NCBI GenBank assembly: GCA_035527755.1
Contig: DATKZX010000006.1
Span: 26,057 to 90,056 of the forward strand
Direction of reading: 5' to 3'
DNA from: Methanomassiliicoccales archaeon
Lineage (GTDB): Archaea > Thermoplasmatota > Thermoplasmata > Methanomassiliicoccales > UBA472
DNA length: 64,000 nt
The translations under genes were made by a program, and so were the position numbers. Below the pieces are notes generated by a model. That model was not told where the DNA came from, did not search any database, and saw only the letters and a list, made by a program, of their open reading frames with translations. Each line of letters starts with the position of its first letter. Within the stretch, counting starts at the first letter, position 1. Of the stretch, positions 1 to 9,275 are shown one piece after another.

Positions 1-300
1 GAACATTATACCGTTTCCGATCCAGGTCTTGTTCTCAATGGTGCTGATATTGATTGGTAATGCCTTGAATATGTATCTCAGGGTAAAAGCGCCAACGATT
101 ATCAACATCAACCCCAATGTCACGCTGATCCCAGTGGTCAAGTACGCCACTGCACCGAACAGGACAGCGAAAACCGCAGTGAACAAAACGGCCTTGGTTC
201 CAGACAGGTCCTTCTCCAAGAACTCCCTCTCGTTGAAGTCAGGAGCTATGAATGTATACTCCTCTTTGACCTCTGGCTCCTTTTTTTTCTTCTGGGCCAT
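1..300 (-). CDS. hypothetical small membrane protein (start complete, C-terminus beyond window edge)
   Basis: Own translation of the minus strand from ATG at 300: MAQKKKKEPEVKEEYTFIAPDFNEREFLEKDLSGTKAVLFTAVFAVLFGAVAYLTTGISVTLGLMLIIVGAF... It has a Lys-rich N-terminus followed by hydrophobic helices, with no stop before position 1. I prefer it to the + strand track ORF 29..325, which looks like a shadow frame. Confidence 0.5.
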   Translation of the reverse strand, partial: MAQKKKKEPEVKEEYTFIAPDFNEREFLEKDLSGTKAVLFTAVFAVLFGAVAYLTTGISVTLGLMLIIVGAFTLRYIFKALPINISTIENKTWIGNGIMF

Positions 301-431
301 GATTCCCCTTATCGTAACTCAGTAATAAATCCTTTTGATATGCAGGAAGCTGCACTGTAATAACTAACAATTAAAGGATGGGTGACCATCCTGCTATTGG
401 TCGGAACACTTTCGACCATCCCCCAAACATC

Positions 432-443
432 TTTTTAATATAC
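432..443 (+). promoter_or_regulatory. TATA-box-like element upstream of radA
   Basis: CTTTTTAATATA lies about 30 nt upstream of the radA ATG (472), in the divergent spacer 301-471. A purine-rich AGGAAGGATAGGTG sits just before the ATG. Confidence 0.4.
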
Positions 444-471
444 TCATGGATAAGGAAGGATAGGTGTAGTT

Positions 472-1413
472 ATGGCTAGCGTCAACATTGAAGAGTTGCC
501 TGGAGTAGGACCTGCAACTGCCGAAAAACTGAGAGAAGCGGGATATACCAATCTGATGACCATAGCAGTGGAATCGCCCAAGACCTTGGCCGATGCCTGC
601 GATATCGGAGAGGCCACCGCCTTGAAGATCATTGATGCTGCCAAGAGGGCCGCCGATGTCGGTGGTTTCGAGCCGGGGGACGTGATTTTAGAGCGGCGGC
701 GAAATCTTAGTCGTTTAACCACCGGCTCCAAAGCATTCGACGAACTACTGGGTAACGGTCTGGAATCCCAATCCATTGTAGAGTTTTACGGTGAGTTCGG
801 CAGTGGAAAGACCCAGATATGCTTCCAATTGGCGGTCAACGCCACATTGCCCGTAGAAAAGGGTGGTTTGGACGGAGACGTGGTCATAATCGATACCGAG
901 AACACCTTCCGTCCGGAGAGGATCGTTCAGATGGCCACTGCTCTGGACCTCGATCCCGAAGCGGTACTGAAGCGCATTCACGTGGCCCGCGCTTACAATT
1001 CCTCCCACCAGATGCTTCTTGTGGAGAAGGCGGCGGATATTTGCAAGATGTATCCCATACGCCTGATGATCGTTGACTCGCTTACCGCCCACTTCCGAGC
1101 AGAGTTCGTAGGAAGGGGGACCCTGGCTGAGAGGCAGGGACTGTTGAACAAGCATATGCACGAGCTGTTGGCCTTCGCTGAGGTCAACAATTCTGTCATC
1201 GCCGTCACCAACCAGGTCTCTTCCAAACCTGACGCGTTCTTTGGCGACCCGACCAGGCCCGTAGGAGGGCATATCGTGGGTCACGCCTCCACATATCGGT
1301 TATACCTGAGGAAGAGCAAGGGAACAAGGCGCATCGCCCGATTGATCGACTCCCCCGACCGTCCTGAGGCCGAAGTGGTCTTCAACGTGACCGAGGAAGG
1401 CGTCAGGGACTGA
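472..1413 (+). CDS. radA: DNA repair and recombination protein RadA
   Basis: N-terminal helix-hairpin-helix ([19 protein letters not shown]), Walker [10 protein letters not shown], and RecA/Rad51-core sequence throughout. The length (313 aa) is typical of archaeal RadA. Confidence 0.95.
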   Translation: MASVNIEELPGVGPATAEKLREAGYTNLMTIAVESPKTLADACDIGEATALKIIDAAKRAADVGGFEPGDVILERRRNLSRLTTGSKAFDELLGNGLESQSIVEFYGEFGSGKTQICFQLAVNATLPVEKGGLDGDVVIIDTENTFRPERIVQMATALDLDPEAVLKRIHVARAYNSSHQMLLVEKAADICKMYPIRLMIVDSLTAHFRAEFVGRGTLAERQGLLNKHMHELLAFAEVNNSVIAVTNQVSSKPDAFFGDPTRPVGGHIVGHASTYRLYLRKSKGTRRIARLIDSPDRPEAEVVFNVTEEGVRD

Positions 1414-1422
1414 TCGGCCAAC

Positions 1423-2427
1423 ATGCCCCGGCAACCGGTCCTGTTTGAGCTTTCGGGTGAACATCCTACACTGCCCCAGGCCGAGGCCTTGGCCTGTCTG
1501 GGAGCAGAATCACCCGGTTTCCGTCAAATAGGTTCGGGGCCTGGTTTTCTATTGGTCGAGTGCCAACCTGAACATTTACCATCTGTCGCCGACCGATTGG
1601 CGTTGACCCACCGCATAGGTCAATACATGGGAAGCTCGTCATTGGAACGGTTGGAGGAGACCGCGGTCGAGCTTCCTTTACCAAGCGGCAGCCTGTGCAT
1701 CCGTATAAAAAAAGTAGAAGGTCAGTACCCTGAGGTGGACACCTTCGAACTGGTGAAAAAGCTCGGGCACGCGCTCTCCAAAGAGCATCCTATCGATCTG
1801 ACCTCACCTGATCTGAACTTAAGGGTCCTGCTTTCCGATCGGGTACATTTTTTCCTTGGTCAGTTCGAGATCGATCGTAAACAGTTTGACCGGCGAAAGG
1901 TGGCAGAGCGTCCTTACTTTTCCCCGATATCACTGCATCCTCGATTCGCTCGGGCTTTGGTGAACCTTACAGGAGTGCATCGGGGAGAGACCGTACTGGA
2001 CCCTTTTTGCGGGACGGGCGGAATCGTACTGGAAGCCGCCCTCCTAGGAATGAAGGCCATAGGCTCGGACATTGACCCTTTGATGGTAGATGGTTGCCGA
2101 CGCAATCTGGAACATTTCGGTGTTAGCGGAGCGGTGGTAGAGGTCTCCGACATCGGCGATATCCATCAAAAATTTGGAGACGTCAACGCCGTTGCCACCG
2201 ATCCCCCCTATGGACGGGCTGCAAGCACGAATAAAGAGGAGATAAATGGTCTCTACGATAGGGGGCTCATAGCAATGGCCGAGTCACTGGTCCCTGGGGG
2301 CCGATTAGGCTTGGTGCTCCCCCGAGAGATCGCCGCGGAAGGGTTGGAACTGATGCAAGTTCACAGGCAGCGGGTACACCGCTCCCTGACAAGATATTAC
2401 CACCTGTTCACTCGACCCTTACAATGA
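1423..2427 (+). CDS. THUMP-domain tRNA (guanine-N2) methyltransferase, Trm11/Trm-G10-like
   Basis: SAM motif I DPFCGTGG and motif IV DPPYG, with an N-terminal region of THUMP-like size. 334 aa. Confidence 0.75.
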   Translation: MPRQPVLFELSGEHPTLPQAEALACLGAESPGFRQIGSGPGFLLVECQPEHLPSVADRLALTHRIGQYMGSSSLERLEETAVELPLPSGSLCIRIKKVEGQYPEVDTFELVKKLGHALSKEHPIDLTSPDLNLRVLLSDRVHFFLGQFEIDRKQFDRRKVAERPYFSPISLHPRFARALVNLTGVHRGETVLDPFCGTGGIVLEAALLGMKAIGSDIDPLMVDGCRRNLEHFGVSGAVVEVSDIGDIHQKFGDVNAVATDPPYGRAASTNKEEINGLYDRGLIAMAESLVPGGRLGLVLPREIAAEGLELMQVHRQRVHRSLTRYYHLFTRPLQ

Positions 2428-3868
2428 AGGTCTGATCAACCCTCAGATAGGTCGTCCCTTGCGCCGTCAGTGATACGGTCTTCACCAATAGCTCCCGGGA
2501 AATGTTATCTTCCCCCATGGGAACTGTGACCTTCAATACGACCACCGTACCGTTCTCGTATGGAATGGCAAGGTCCAGCAGATCCGTGGAATTGTCCTCT
2601 GTATGACCTTGCAGATACAACGAGGCACTCCAATCGTTGGGCACCTGCATGACATCCATCGTAATATTGAGGTTAGTGTTGCCAGTGTTGTTGATGTACA
2701 TTATGAAGTAGATCGAGGAACCTGCCATGATGGTGGTCTCGTTCCCTCCGGGAACATCCATAGTGAAAGAGTGGTCAGGGGTGATCTCCATCAAGGGTAT
2801 GGGGGAGAAGGTGATCAGCAATATCGCCAATGTCAGGGCGCCTATGGCCTTCCCTTTCCCGTTCAGCTTGGACACGTCGTTCAAGGGGGCGGGGTGCTTG
2901 AGCCCCAGGAATACGATGAGCAGGGCGAAGATCAGCCAACCTGTGTAGAAAAGGCCCAGAACAAGGAGCATGGCCACCGTGGCATAGCTCAGGTACTTGG
3001 ACTTGTCACCTAACAGACCGCGCGCTATATGCCCACCGTCCAGCTGTCCGGCCGGCAACAGATTGATCGCCGTTACCAAGAAACCTACCCAGGCGGCGAA
3101 GGCCGTGGGGTGCAGGGAAACATTCTCTGCCAGAGGGATGAAAAGAGCCAGCAGGGCGTATAGCGGTTGTATCATTATGGAGATCGCGCCTTCATCTCCG
3201 ATCATGCCGCTGGAGGGAGTTCCGAGCGAGGTCAACCACAATCCTATCAGCGTCACCGGGATCGTGACTAACAGGCCTCCCAATGGACCGGCCGCGCCGA
3301 TGTCCACTAGTGAACGACGGTCTGGAATGGGGTCCCTCATGGATATGAACGCCCCGAAGGTACCGAGCGGCGGTATCGAGGGAATGAAGAACGGCAAGGA
3401 TGCGGCCACACCATGCCTCTTGGCCGCTAGGTAATGGCACACCTCGTGCGTTCCGAGAATGGCCATAAGGGGCAAGGCAAAGAACAGTCCTCCCCAAAAG
3501 AAGTTGTCCAAACGCATCAGGTCATTGTTGCCATCGTAACTTGCCCAAAGAACAGCCCCGGCGAAGATGGTTGTGATCAGTGTAATGGCCAATAAGATAC
3601 CGTTGACCCAGAGACCGCGGGTCTTTTGGTCAGGCCGTTTGACCACATTGATGGTGTACTCCCCACCCTGGTACTTGAGCACCGGGATCAAGCGTTTTTC
3701 CTTGAACTCCGAACGTAGCTTGTTGAAGTTCTTCTCCAGCATCTGCAGGTCCGGAGAGATGTAGAAGGAGAGGGCTTCGTAACTGACCTTTACATCATAG
3801 ATCGAGAAATACTTGGAAACGGCGGCTTTGATCGATTCCACTTCGGCCGCTGGTTCGGGTGAAGCCAT
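2408..3868 (-). CDS. site-2 protease family (peptidase M50) membrane metalloprotease with a C-terminal extracytoplasmic Ig-like domain
   Basis: HEVCHYLAAKRHG (HExxH) in a TM helix, the downstream NLLPAGQLDGGH motif and multiple TM segments. The last ~125 aa are non-membrane and rich in N-x-S/T sequons. Confidence 0.85.
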   Translation of the reverse strand: MASPEPAAEVESIKAAVSKYFSIYDVKVSYEALSFYISPDLQMLEKNFNKLRSEFKEKRLIPVLKYQGGEYTINVVKRPDQKTRGLWVNGILLAITLITTIFAGAVLWASYDGNNDLMRLDNFFWGGLFFALPLMAILGTHEVCHYLAAKRHGVAASLPFFIPSIPPLGTFGAFISMRDPIPDRRSLVDIGAAGPLGGLLVTIPVTLIGLWLTSLGTPSSGMIGDEGAISIMIQPLYALLALFIPLAENVSLHPTAFAAWVGFLVTAINLLPAGQLDGGHIARGLLGDKSKYLSYATVAMLLVLGLFYTGWLIFALLIVFLGLKHPAPLNDVSKLNGKGKAIGALTLAILLITFSPIPLMEITPDHSFTMDVPGGNETTIMAGSSIYFIMYINNTGNTNLNITMDVMQVPNDWSASLYLQGHTEDNSTDLLDLAIPYENGTVVVLKVTVPMGEDNISRELLVKTVSLTAQGTTYLRVDQTFIVRVE

Positions 3869-3989
3869 GGAAGCCCTATTTCAAGAAGGATTATTACTAT
3901 ATTTTGTTGCTAAAAGACGGGGTCAATATAATGGATTTTGTGCCTGGACCCCCGCTAAATCTTTATTAGAGATATGTCGATGTTCGCTT

Positions 3990-4805
3990 GTGATTCCGTT
4001 ATTTCAGCTCTTCCGGACCGGCAACGTCGTTATGGGGGTGCTCGGACTGTTGATGGGAGTGCTCATTGCTGCTGGAACAGGAATACTAGATCATTGGATG
4101 CCTATCGCCTGGGCCTCGCTGGCAGTATTCACATTCATAGCTGGTGGTAATTCCCTGAACGATTACACAGATCGCAATGTGGATAAACTAGCTCACCCGG
4201 AACGGCCGCTTCCCTCTGGAAGGATGACCCCGAAACAGGTGCTTAATATTTCCATCGCCTGCTTTCTCATCTCTTTCTTTGCATCATTGGCTTTGAACTT
4301 GGAATCCACGATCATTGTTATCCTGGCGATCGTACTCATGCTCACATACGAGGTGCGATTGAAAAAGGACGCCCTTACCGGTAACTTGGAGATCGCCTTG
4401 CTGACGGGAATGCTGTTCCTGCTAGGCGGGGCTATCGTCGGTATGATGGAACGCACATACATAATCGCCTTACTGGCATTCCTGGCAATTCTGGGCAGGG
4501 AGATCATTAAGGACATCGAGGACATGGAAGGGGACTTCGACCGGTTGACACTTCCCAAGAAGATAGGGGCGAGGAACGCCGGGTATCTGGCCAGCGCGTT
4601 TTTCCTGATCGCCGTAGGCCTGAGCCCACTCCCGTATTTGGACGGTATTTTCGGCATCTGGTACCTGGGCGGGGTATTGTTCGCCGATGCAACGTTTATA
4701 TATTGCTCCATAGTTCATTTTCGAAACCCGACAAAAGGACAGAAGATGGCTAAATACGGCATGCTATTGGCCCTGCTGGCCTTCTTAGTAGGGGGATTAC
4801 TGTGA
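3990..4805 (+). CDS. digeranylgeranylglyceryl phosphate synthase (UbiA prenyltransferase family)
   Basis: Asp-rich motifs NSLNDYTDRNVDK and EIIKDIEDMEGD, with about 8 TM helices. It is directly followed by GGGP synthase. The ORF is open from 3813, but a start there would overlap the divergent M50 gene. The GTG at 3990 gives MIPLFQLFRTGNVVMG, a typical family N-terminus. ATG 4032 is an alternative start. Confidence 0.8.
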   Translation: MIPLFQLFRTGNVVMGVLGLLMGVLIAAGTGILDHWMPIAWASLAVFTFIAGGNSLNDYTDRNVDKLAHPERPLPSGRMTPKQVLNISIACFLISFFASLALNLESTIIVILAIVLMLTYEVRLKKDALTGNLEIALLTGMLFLLGGAIVGMMERTYIIALLAFLAILGREIIKDIEDMEGDFDRLTLPKKIGARNAGYLASAFFLIAVGLSPLPYLDGIFGIWYLGGVLFADATFIYCSIVHFRNPTKGQKMAKYGMLLALLAFLVGGLL

Positions 4806-5542
4806 ACGTCAAGGAATACATCATAGAGAAGGTGAAGAAGGGGACCATGCACATGACCTTGCTGGACCCGGCGAAGCAAAGTCCGGAACGGGCCGCTGAG
4901 ATGGCCACCATCGCTGCGGGGATGGACACCGATGCCATCATGGTCGGAGGCTCCACCGGCGTGACCAGCGAGAACCTGGACGCCACGATACTGGCCATCA
5001 AGGAGAAGGTTTCGCTGCCTGTGATATACTTTCCCTCCGGAGCTCACGCCCTGTCTCAACACGCCGATGCCATGTACTTCATGAGCATGCTTAACAGCCT
5101 CAGCGTGAACCACGTCATAGGGGAGCAGATGAAAGGCGCCCCCATCATCAAGAAGCTAGGCGTTCCGACGTTGTCCATGGGTTATATTATCATAGAACCA
5201 GGGATGAAGGTTGGAGAGGTTGGAAAAGCCAAGCTCATTCCTAGGAACGACCTCAAGACCGCCGCGGCCTTTGCCCTGGCCGCAGAGTACTTGGGCATGG
5301 AGTTTGTCTATCTCGAGGCTGGCAGCGGCGCTCCAGAACCGGTGTCCTCAGAAATGATCACCGCGGTGAAGAAGTCAATTTCCGTTCCCTTGTTGATCGG
5401 TGGCGGCATTCGTGACGCTAAAACGGCCGAACGGGTGCGCTTGGCCGGAGCGGACATCGTGGTAACCGGAACTGTGGTTGAGAACGGTGAGCTGGGCGAG
5501 GACCTTAAGAAACTGATCCACGCGGCTAAGGGGATCGCCTGA
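4802..5542 (+). CDS. geranylgeranylglyceryl phosphate synthase (PcrB/GGGPS family)
   Basis: TIM-barrel PcrB-like sequence (HMTLLDPAKQSPE..., C-terminal LLIGGGIRD phosphate-binding loop). The GTG start overlaps the DGGGPS stop (GTGA). Confidence 0.85.
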   Translation: MNVKEYIIEKVKKGTMHMTLLDPAKQSPERAAEMATIAAGMDTDAIMVGGSTGVTSENLDATILAIKEKVSLPVIYFPSGAHALSQHADAMYFMSMLNSLSVNHVIGEQMKGAPIIKKLGVPTLSMGYIIIEPGMKVGEVGKAKLIPRNDLKTAAAFALAAEYLGMEFVYLEAGSGAPEPVSSEMITAVKKSISVPLLIGGGIRDAKTAERVRLAGADIVVTGTVVENGELGEDLKKLIHAAKGIA

Positions 5543-5547
5543 ATATT

Positions 5548-6141
5548 TTACACTAACGAGAAAAGTAGCTGGTGCATTCGGGTGTCCGTGGTCAGCTCGG
5601 GATGGAATGATAAAGCCAGCAGATTATCTTGTCGAGCCATTACCGCCTCACCTTGATGTCTGGAAAGCACCTGGCAGTCACCCCAGACCTTGGTGATCAA
5701 AGGAGCGCGTATGAAAATTCCAGGGAAGGGAGATCCTGATCCGTTTACCATTAACGGTGCCTCGAACGATTCCCGTTGCCGGCCGAAGGCGTTGCGGTCC
5801 ACCGCCATATCCATCAAAGATAGAAGTTCGGTCCCGGTCTTTTCCGCCTGCTCACCTCCCTCCTTGGCCAGCAGAACACAGCCGGCGCATGTGCCCATTA
5901 TAGGCGTGCCGTTCCGACCCATGTCGACTATTTCGTCGAAGAGTTGGAACTTACGTAAAAGCTTGGAGATGGTAGTGCTCTCCCCACCCGGGATGATGAG
6001 ACAATCGATCGATCTAATATCGTCCAATCGCCGTACGGCAATGGCCTGCCCTTTTTTCCCCAATTCGTCCAATGCGATCTGGGACATGTGCAGGTGTTCG
6101 GGAACGGCACCCTGAACGGATATGACCCCCACCTTCATCAA
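5548..6141 (-). CDS. pdxT: pyridoxal 5'-phosphate synthase glutaminase subunit PdxT
   Basis: MKVGVISVQGA..., IIPGGESTT, catalytic GTCAG and a C-terminal HPE motif. 197 aa. No pdxS gene is adjacent. Confidence 0.9.
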   Translation of the reverse strand: MMKVGVISVQGAVPEHLHMSQIALDELGKKGQAIAVRRLDDIRSIDCLIIPGGESTTISKLLRKFQLFDEIVDMGRNGTPIMGTCAGCVLLAKEGGEQAEKTGTELLSLMDMAVDRNAFGRQRESFEAPLMVNGSGSPFPGIFIRAPLITKVWGDCQVLSRHQGEAVMARQDNLLALSFHPELTTDTRMHQLLFSLV

Positions 6142-6319
6142 CAGGCCGATTCGAGGAATGATAGATAATCCTTGTTATGCCAAAGGTCTGCATTGGAGAA
6201 TATTCTCTTTCGAACGCGCGTTCATCAAAATGATCATGAACTTGTACTCGACCATCTCGAAAAATAAGATGAGGGAACAGGTCCCTCGATATCTGATACC
6301 TGGAATTTTCGTTCAATTA

Positions 6320-6460
6320 TTATTCTTTACCACTGACTCCCTTCTTGAGCCCTTTCCCGACACCTTTTGCTGCGCCCCAGCCTTTCTTTAGTCCCTTTCC
6401 AACAACTTCCCCGCTCTTTTCGGCGGTCTCTTCGATCTTGCCTTTATTTTCTTCAGACAT
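6320..6460 (-). CDS. small Lys/Gly-rich protein (46 aa), hypothetical
   Basis: Own translation: MSEENKGKIEETAEKSGEVVGKGLKKGWGAAKGVGKGLKKGVSGKE, stop TAA at 6320-6322. It is below the ORF-track length cutoff. Composition is loosely CsbD-like, but I cannot assign a family. Confidence 0.4.
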   Translation of the reverse strand: MSEENKGKIEETAEKSGEVVGKGLKKGWGAAKGVGKGLKKGVSGKE

Positions 6461-6555
6461 AATGATCCTTATTTTATTCCCCTGCCGAGTATATTAGATT
6501 TTAGGGGATCGTGAATGAGATCGTGATTTGAGAAAAACTATTGCTCGATCGCGTT

Positions 6556-8007
6556 CTAACCGTCGAATCTCCGTCTCTTGTCCACAATTGGCTTCATCTT
6601 GGGGGTGAAATCATTGGAGACCTCCTTCATCTCCACCTCGATGGGATCCAGTAGGTCATTTTCCAGACCGGTCTTGATCTCCTCCAAGGCCAGAATTGCC
6701 TCCAGCACGTTCACCTTGCCTTCCTCCATGTCCCCGTTGAACTCCACTGTAAAATGAAGACGGTCCCTGAAGGAGGGCTTATCGAGCACCAACTGGTAGT
6801 TGAGCACCCCGCGGACATTCATTATGGCCTCATCGAACAGCACCGGGAAAATATGCTTTCCCAGACCGATCTTCGTCGCTGAGTCCCGGCGCCCCTTGGG
6901 TTTGCCGATCTTACCTATGGTGACGTGACCGCATTCGCATGGCGGTTCGATGTAGTGCGATATATCGTAGGAACGGTAACGCAATAGGGGTGAGCCTTGG
7001 AAGCTCAGGGAGGTCCATACCAATTCTCCTTCCTTGCCCGGTGGAAGGCGTTTCCCGGTGTCTGGGTCAATGACCTCCACCATGAAATCGGCCTCATTGA
7101 TGTGCAATCCCGTTTGTTCCTGACACTCGATCGTGGTGGCCAACCCCATCTCGGTCATGCCATACTGGCTTAGGCATTTGCACCCCCAGGCCCCTTCCAT
7201 CTCCCGCCGCACGGCCTCGGAGAGCGGCTCGGAGGAGCAGATGATGGCCTTGACGCCCAAAGAACGGAGGTCGTACTTCTCCCGGGCGAGGACCGTGATC
7301 CGATAAATGAAGGAGGTGAGACCGATTATTACCCGGGCCTGATTCTCCTTCATGACCCTCATCTGCTCATCGACGTCCACCTCGGAACATACCACCGATT
7401 TCAGGCCGGCCACTTTGCAAGCCCCCTCGAGCATCAAACTAGGGTCCCAGGCCACCACCGCCGGGAACATTATGTGGAGGGTCTCGTTGCTCCGCAGCCC
7501 GGCGGAACGCAGGGCCGCGGCAATGGAGTCGATGATGTTCAGAAGATCGTCACGGGTGTAGAACAGGCGTTTGTTCTTTCCGGACGTTCCAGAAGTCGAG
7601 AAGGTGCGGGCGATCTTGCTTTGTGATTGGCATAGGAAGAGGAACGGTTCCTCGGCCAGATCGTCCGGTTCGGTCAATGGCACCTTGTTCAGGTCATCCA
7701 TTGTCCTGATCGCCTCGGGGACCACGCCGGCCTCACCGTACTTCTTCTGATAGTAGTAGCTGTTCTGCATCACATAGGCCAACTGTTTGCGGAATCGATA
7801 CAGCTGGTACTCTTCGAAGATCTTCCGATCTATCTCATCCAATGAACTTCTGCCCAATGCCTTTCTGAACTCCGGGTCCTGCTTGAAGGTGTTTCGCACC
7901 TTCAGCTCAACCCAGTCGTGCAAAGGGTTCTCAACGCCTTCTGCCACTTTCCGGGAGGAGAGCTTGGTACGGGCGTAGGCGATGGTGATGCGGCTCTTGA
8001 TGCTCAT
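6556..8007 (-). CDS. adenylate-forming enzyme, coenzyme F390 synthetase / phenylacetate-CoA ligase family
   Basis: AMP-binding P-loop TSGTSGKNKRLFYTRDD, followed by a PaaK/FtsA-like (COG1541) core. 483 aa. Confidence 0.7.
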   Translation of the reverse strand: MSIKSRITIAYARTKLSSRKVAEGVENPLHDWVELKVRNTFKQDPEFRKALGRSSLDEIDRKIFEEYQLYRFRKQLAYVMQNSYYYQKKYGEAGVVPEAIRTMDDLNKVPLTEPDDLAEEPFLFLCQSQSKIARTFSTSGTSGKNKRLFYTRDDLLNIIDSIAAALRSAGLRSNETLHIMFPAVVAWDPSLMLEGACKVAGLKSVVCSEVDVDEQMRVMKENQARVIIGLTSFIYRITVLAREKYDLRSLGVKAIICSSEPLSEAVRREMEGAWGCKCLSQYGMTEMGLATTIECQEQTGLHINEADFMVEVIDPDTGKRLPPGKEGELVWTSLSFQGSPLLRYRSYDISHYIEPPCECGHVTIGKIGKPKGRRDSATKIGLGKHIFPVLFDEAIMNVRGVLNYQLVLDKPSFRDRLHFTVEFNGDMEEGKVNVLEAILALEEIKTGLENDLLDPIEVEMKEVSNDFTPKMKPIVDKRRRFDG

Positions 8008-8085
8008 CTCCGACTACATGTCCTAATGAGCATATATTTGTTTCAAACCGCAGGGCTATTAAATTAAAAAGGACATCCCTGGGTC

Positions 8086-8859
8086 ATGCCGGACAAGGAG
8101 CGGGTGAGGCAGGCCAGAGAGTTCCGTTCACTGCTGAATCTAGGGACCTACCCCATAGGGGTCAAGCTGTTCGAGAAGGCCTCCGACGCTCTGGCGGTTC
8201 GGGGTGCGCGCAACCTGCGTTCGACGGCCACCTGCCATATGGCGGCCCTGGCTCGACATTATCGAGAAGATGGTGTATGCGTATCCACCACCCACGGTTT
8301 GAAGTGTCTATGGGGCCTGTCCTGCCTAGGAATGATCCAGACCCCGGAAAGATTGGTCAACGGAGAACTGAACAGACCTTTCACCAAGAATGATGAGGCG
8401 GCAAAGGCCCTGCAGGATGAGATATTCATGTTGGGCAACGAAGGGCAAAGGTACAACGCTCTTCTCGTGGGTCCTCTGGACCATATGCCGGTCGAACCGG
8501 ATGTGGTGGTCGCCTATATGACCCCGGGGCAGGCCTTGAAGGTGCTGCTGGGATACGAATACGCGGAAGGACGGGTTCTACGAGGGACCATCGCCGGTCA
8601 ATCCTCGGTCTGCTCTGCGATCGCCAAGGTCATCGCAGGTGAGGACATGGTGATGGACATACCTTGCGTGGGGGACCGGATGTGGGGACTCGTACCAGAC
8701 GACCATCTGGTCATGGCCATTTCCCCGAAGATCATCGATAATTTGTTGGCGGGTATGAAGGCCACCGATTCATTTTCCTCCCACCCTTTCCGTCCTTTCC
8801 TACATTGGTCGGTCATATTTCCTCCGGATATGGAGGCACACGGAAAGGAGCGGGAGTAA
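8086..8859 (+). CDS. DUF169 family protein (COG2043-like)
   Basis: The size (257 aa) and the pattern LLNLGTYPIGVKLFEK ... ATCHMAALA ... CLWGLSCLGM resemble DUF169 proteins as I recall them. No catalytic motif recognised. Confidence 0.5.
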   Translation: MPDKERVRQAREFRSLLNLGTYPIGVKLFEKASDALAVRGARNLRSTATCHMAALARHYREDGVCVSTTHGLKCLWGLSCLGMIQTPERLVNGELNRPFTKNDEAAKALQDEIFMLGNEGQRYNALLVGPLDHMPVEPDVVVAYMTPGQALKVLLGYEYAEGRVLRGTIAGQSSVCSAIAKVIAGEDMVMDIPCVGDRMWGLVPDDHLVMAISPKIIDNLLAGMKATDSFSSHPFRPFLHWSVIFPPDMEAHGKERE

Positions 8860-8923
8860 CGATAGAGTCTTATAGAAACGTAAACGGGGGAAAAGAAATA
8901 TATTAAGAGCGTGGTTACGCTGG

Positions 8924-9241
8924 ATGAGGAAGAAAATGCCGCTTACACCGGAGCTAGAAAGGGCTGGAGTGACCCCTGAACTGATGAACACCACCAGGCG
9001 GTTCAATTGCCCCAACTGCGGAAAGCTATTCAGCCTCATGCAGTCCCGGGCCATCGCCTGCCGCGGCTGCCGTTTTGCCAATCAGAACTGTAAATACGCA
9101 CGATGCCCGCATTGTGACACCGAATTCCCCATCAACCAGGTCATCACCAAGAACAAGTACGGTGAAAAGTACCTGGCCAGCTATATGAACAATATCTTGG
9201 GGAACTACTACAACCAGTTCGGCAAGAGAAACTCCAGATAA
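8924..9241 (+). CDS. hypothetical multi-CxxC zinc-ribbon protein
   Basis: CPNCGK, CRGCRF and CPHCDT pairs within 105 aa. No family recognised. Confidence 0.45.
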   Translation: MRKKMPLTPELERAGVTPELMNTTRRFNCPNCGKLFSLMQSRAIACRGCRFANQNCKYARCPHCDTEFPINQVITKNKYGEKYLASYMNNILGNYYNQFGKRNSR

Positions 9242-9275
9242 TTAAATAAAAATATTGGGGGCTTGCCCCCGGTTC

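Noticed and set aside
29-325. Track ORF on the + strand (98 aa).
   Set aside because: The opposite strand gives a more protein-like product. It has an ATG at 300, a Lys-rich N-terminus and clear TM helices. The + frame looks like its shadow.
375-392. Perfect 7-bp hairpin AGGATGG-GTGA-CCATCCT, considered as a terminator.
   Set aside because: It lies between two divergently transcribed gene starts (300 and 472), so no gene ends there. It also lacks a T-run. It may be regulatory, but I have no support for that.
3813-3989. The ATG at 3813 as the start of the DGGGP synthase (330 aa).
   Set aside because: A start there would overlap the divergent M50 protease start region. It would also add a non-hydrophobic ~60-aa leader that is absent from the family. 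GTG 3990 gives a family-typical N-terminus.
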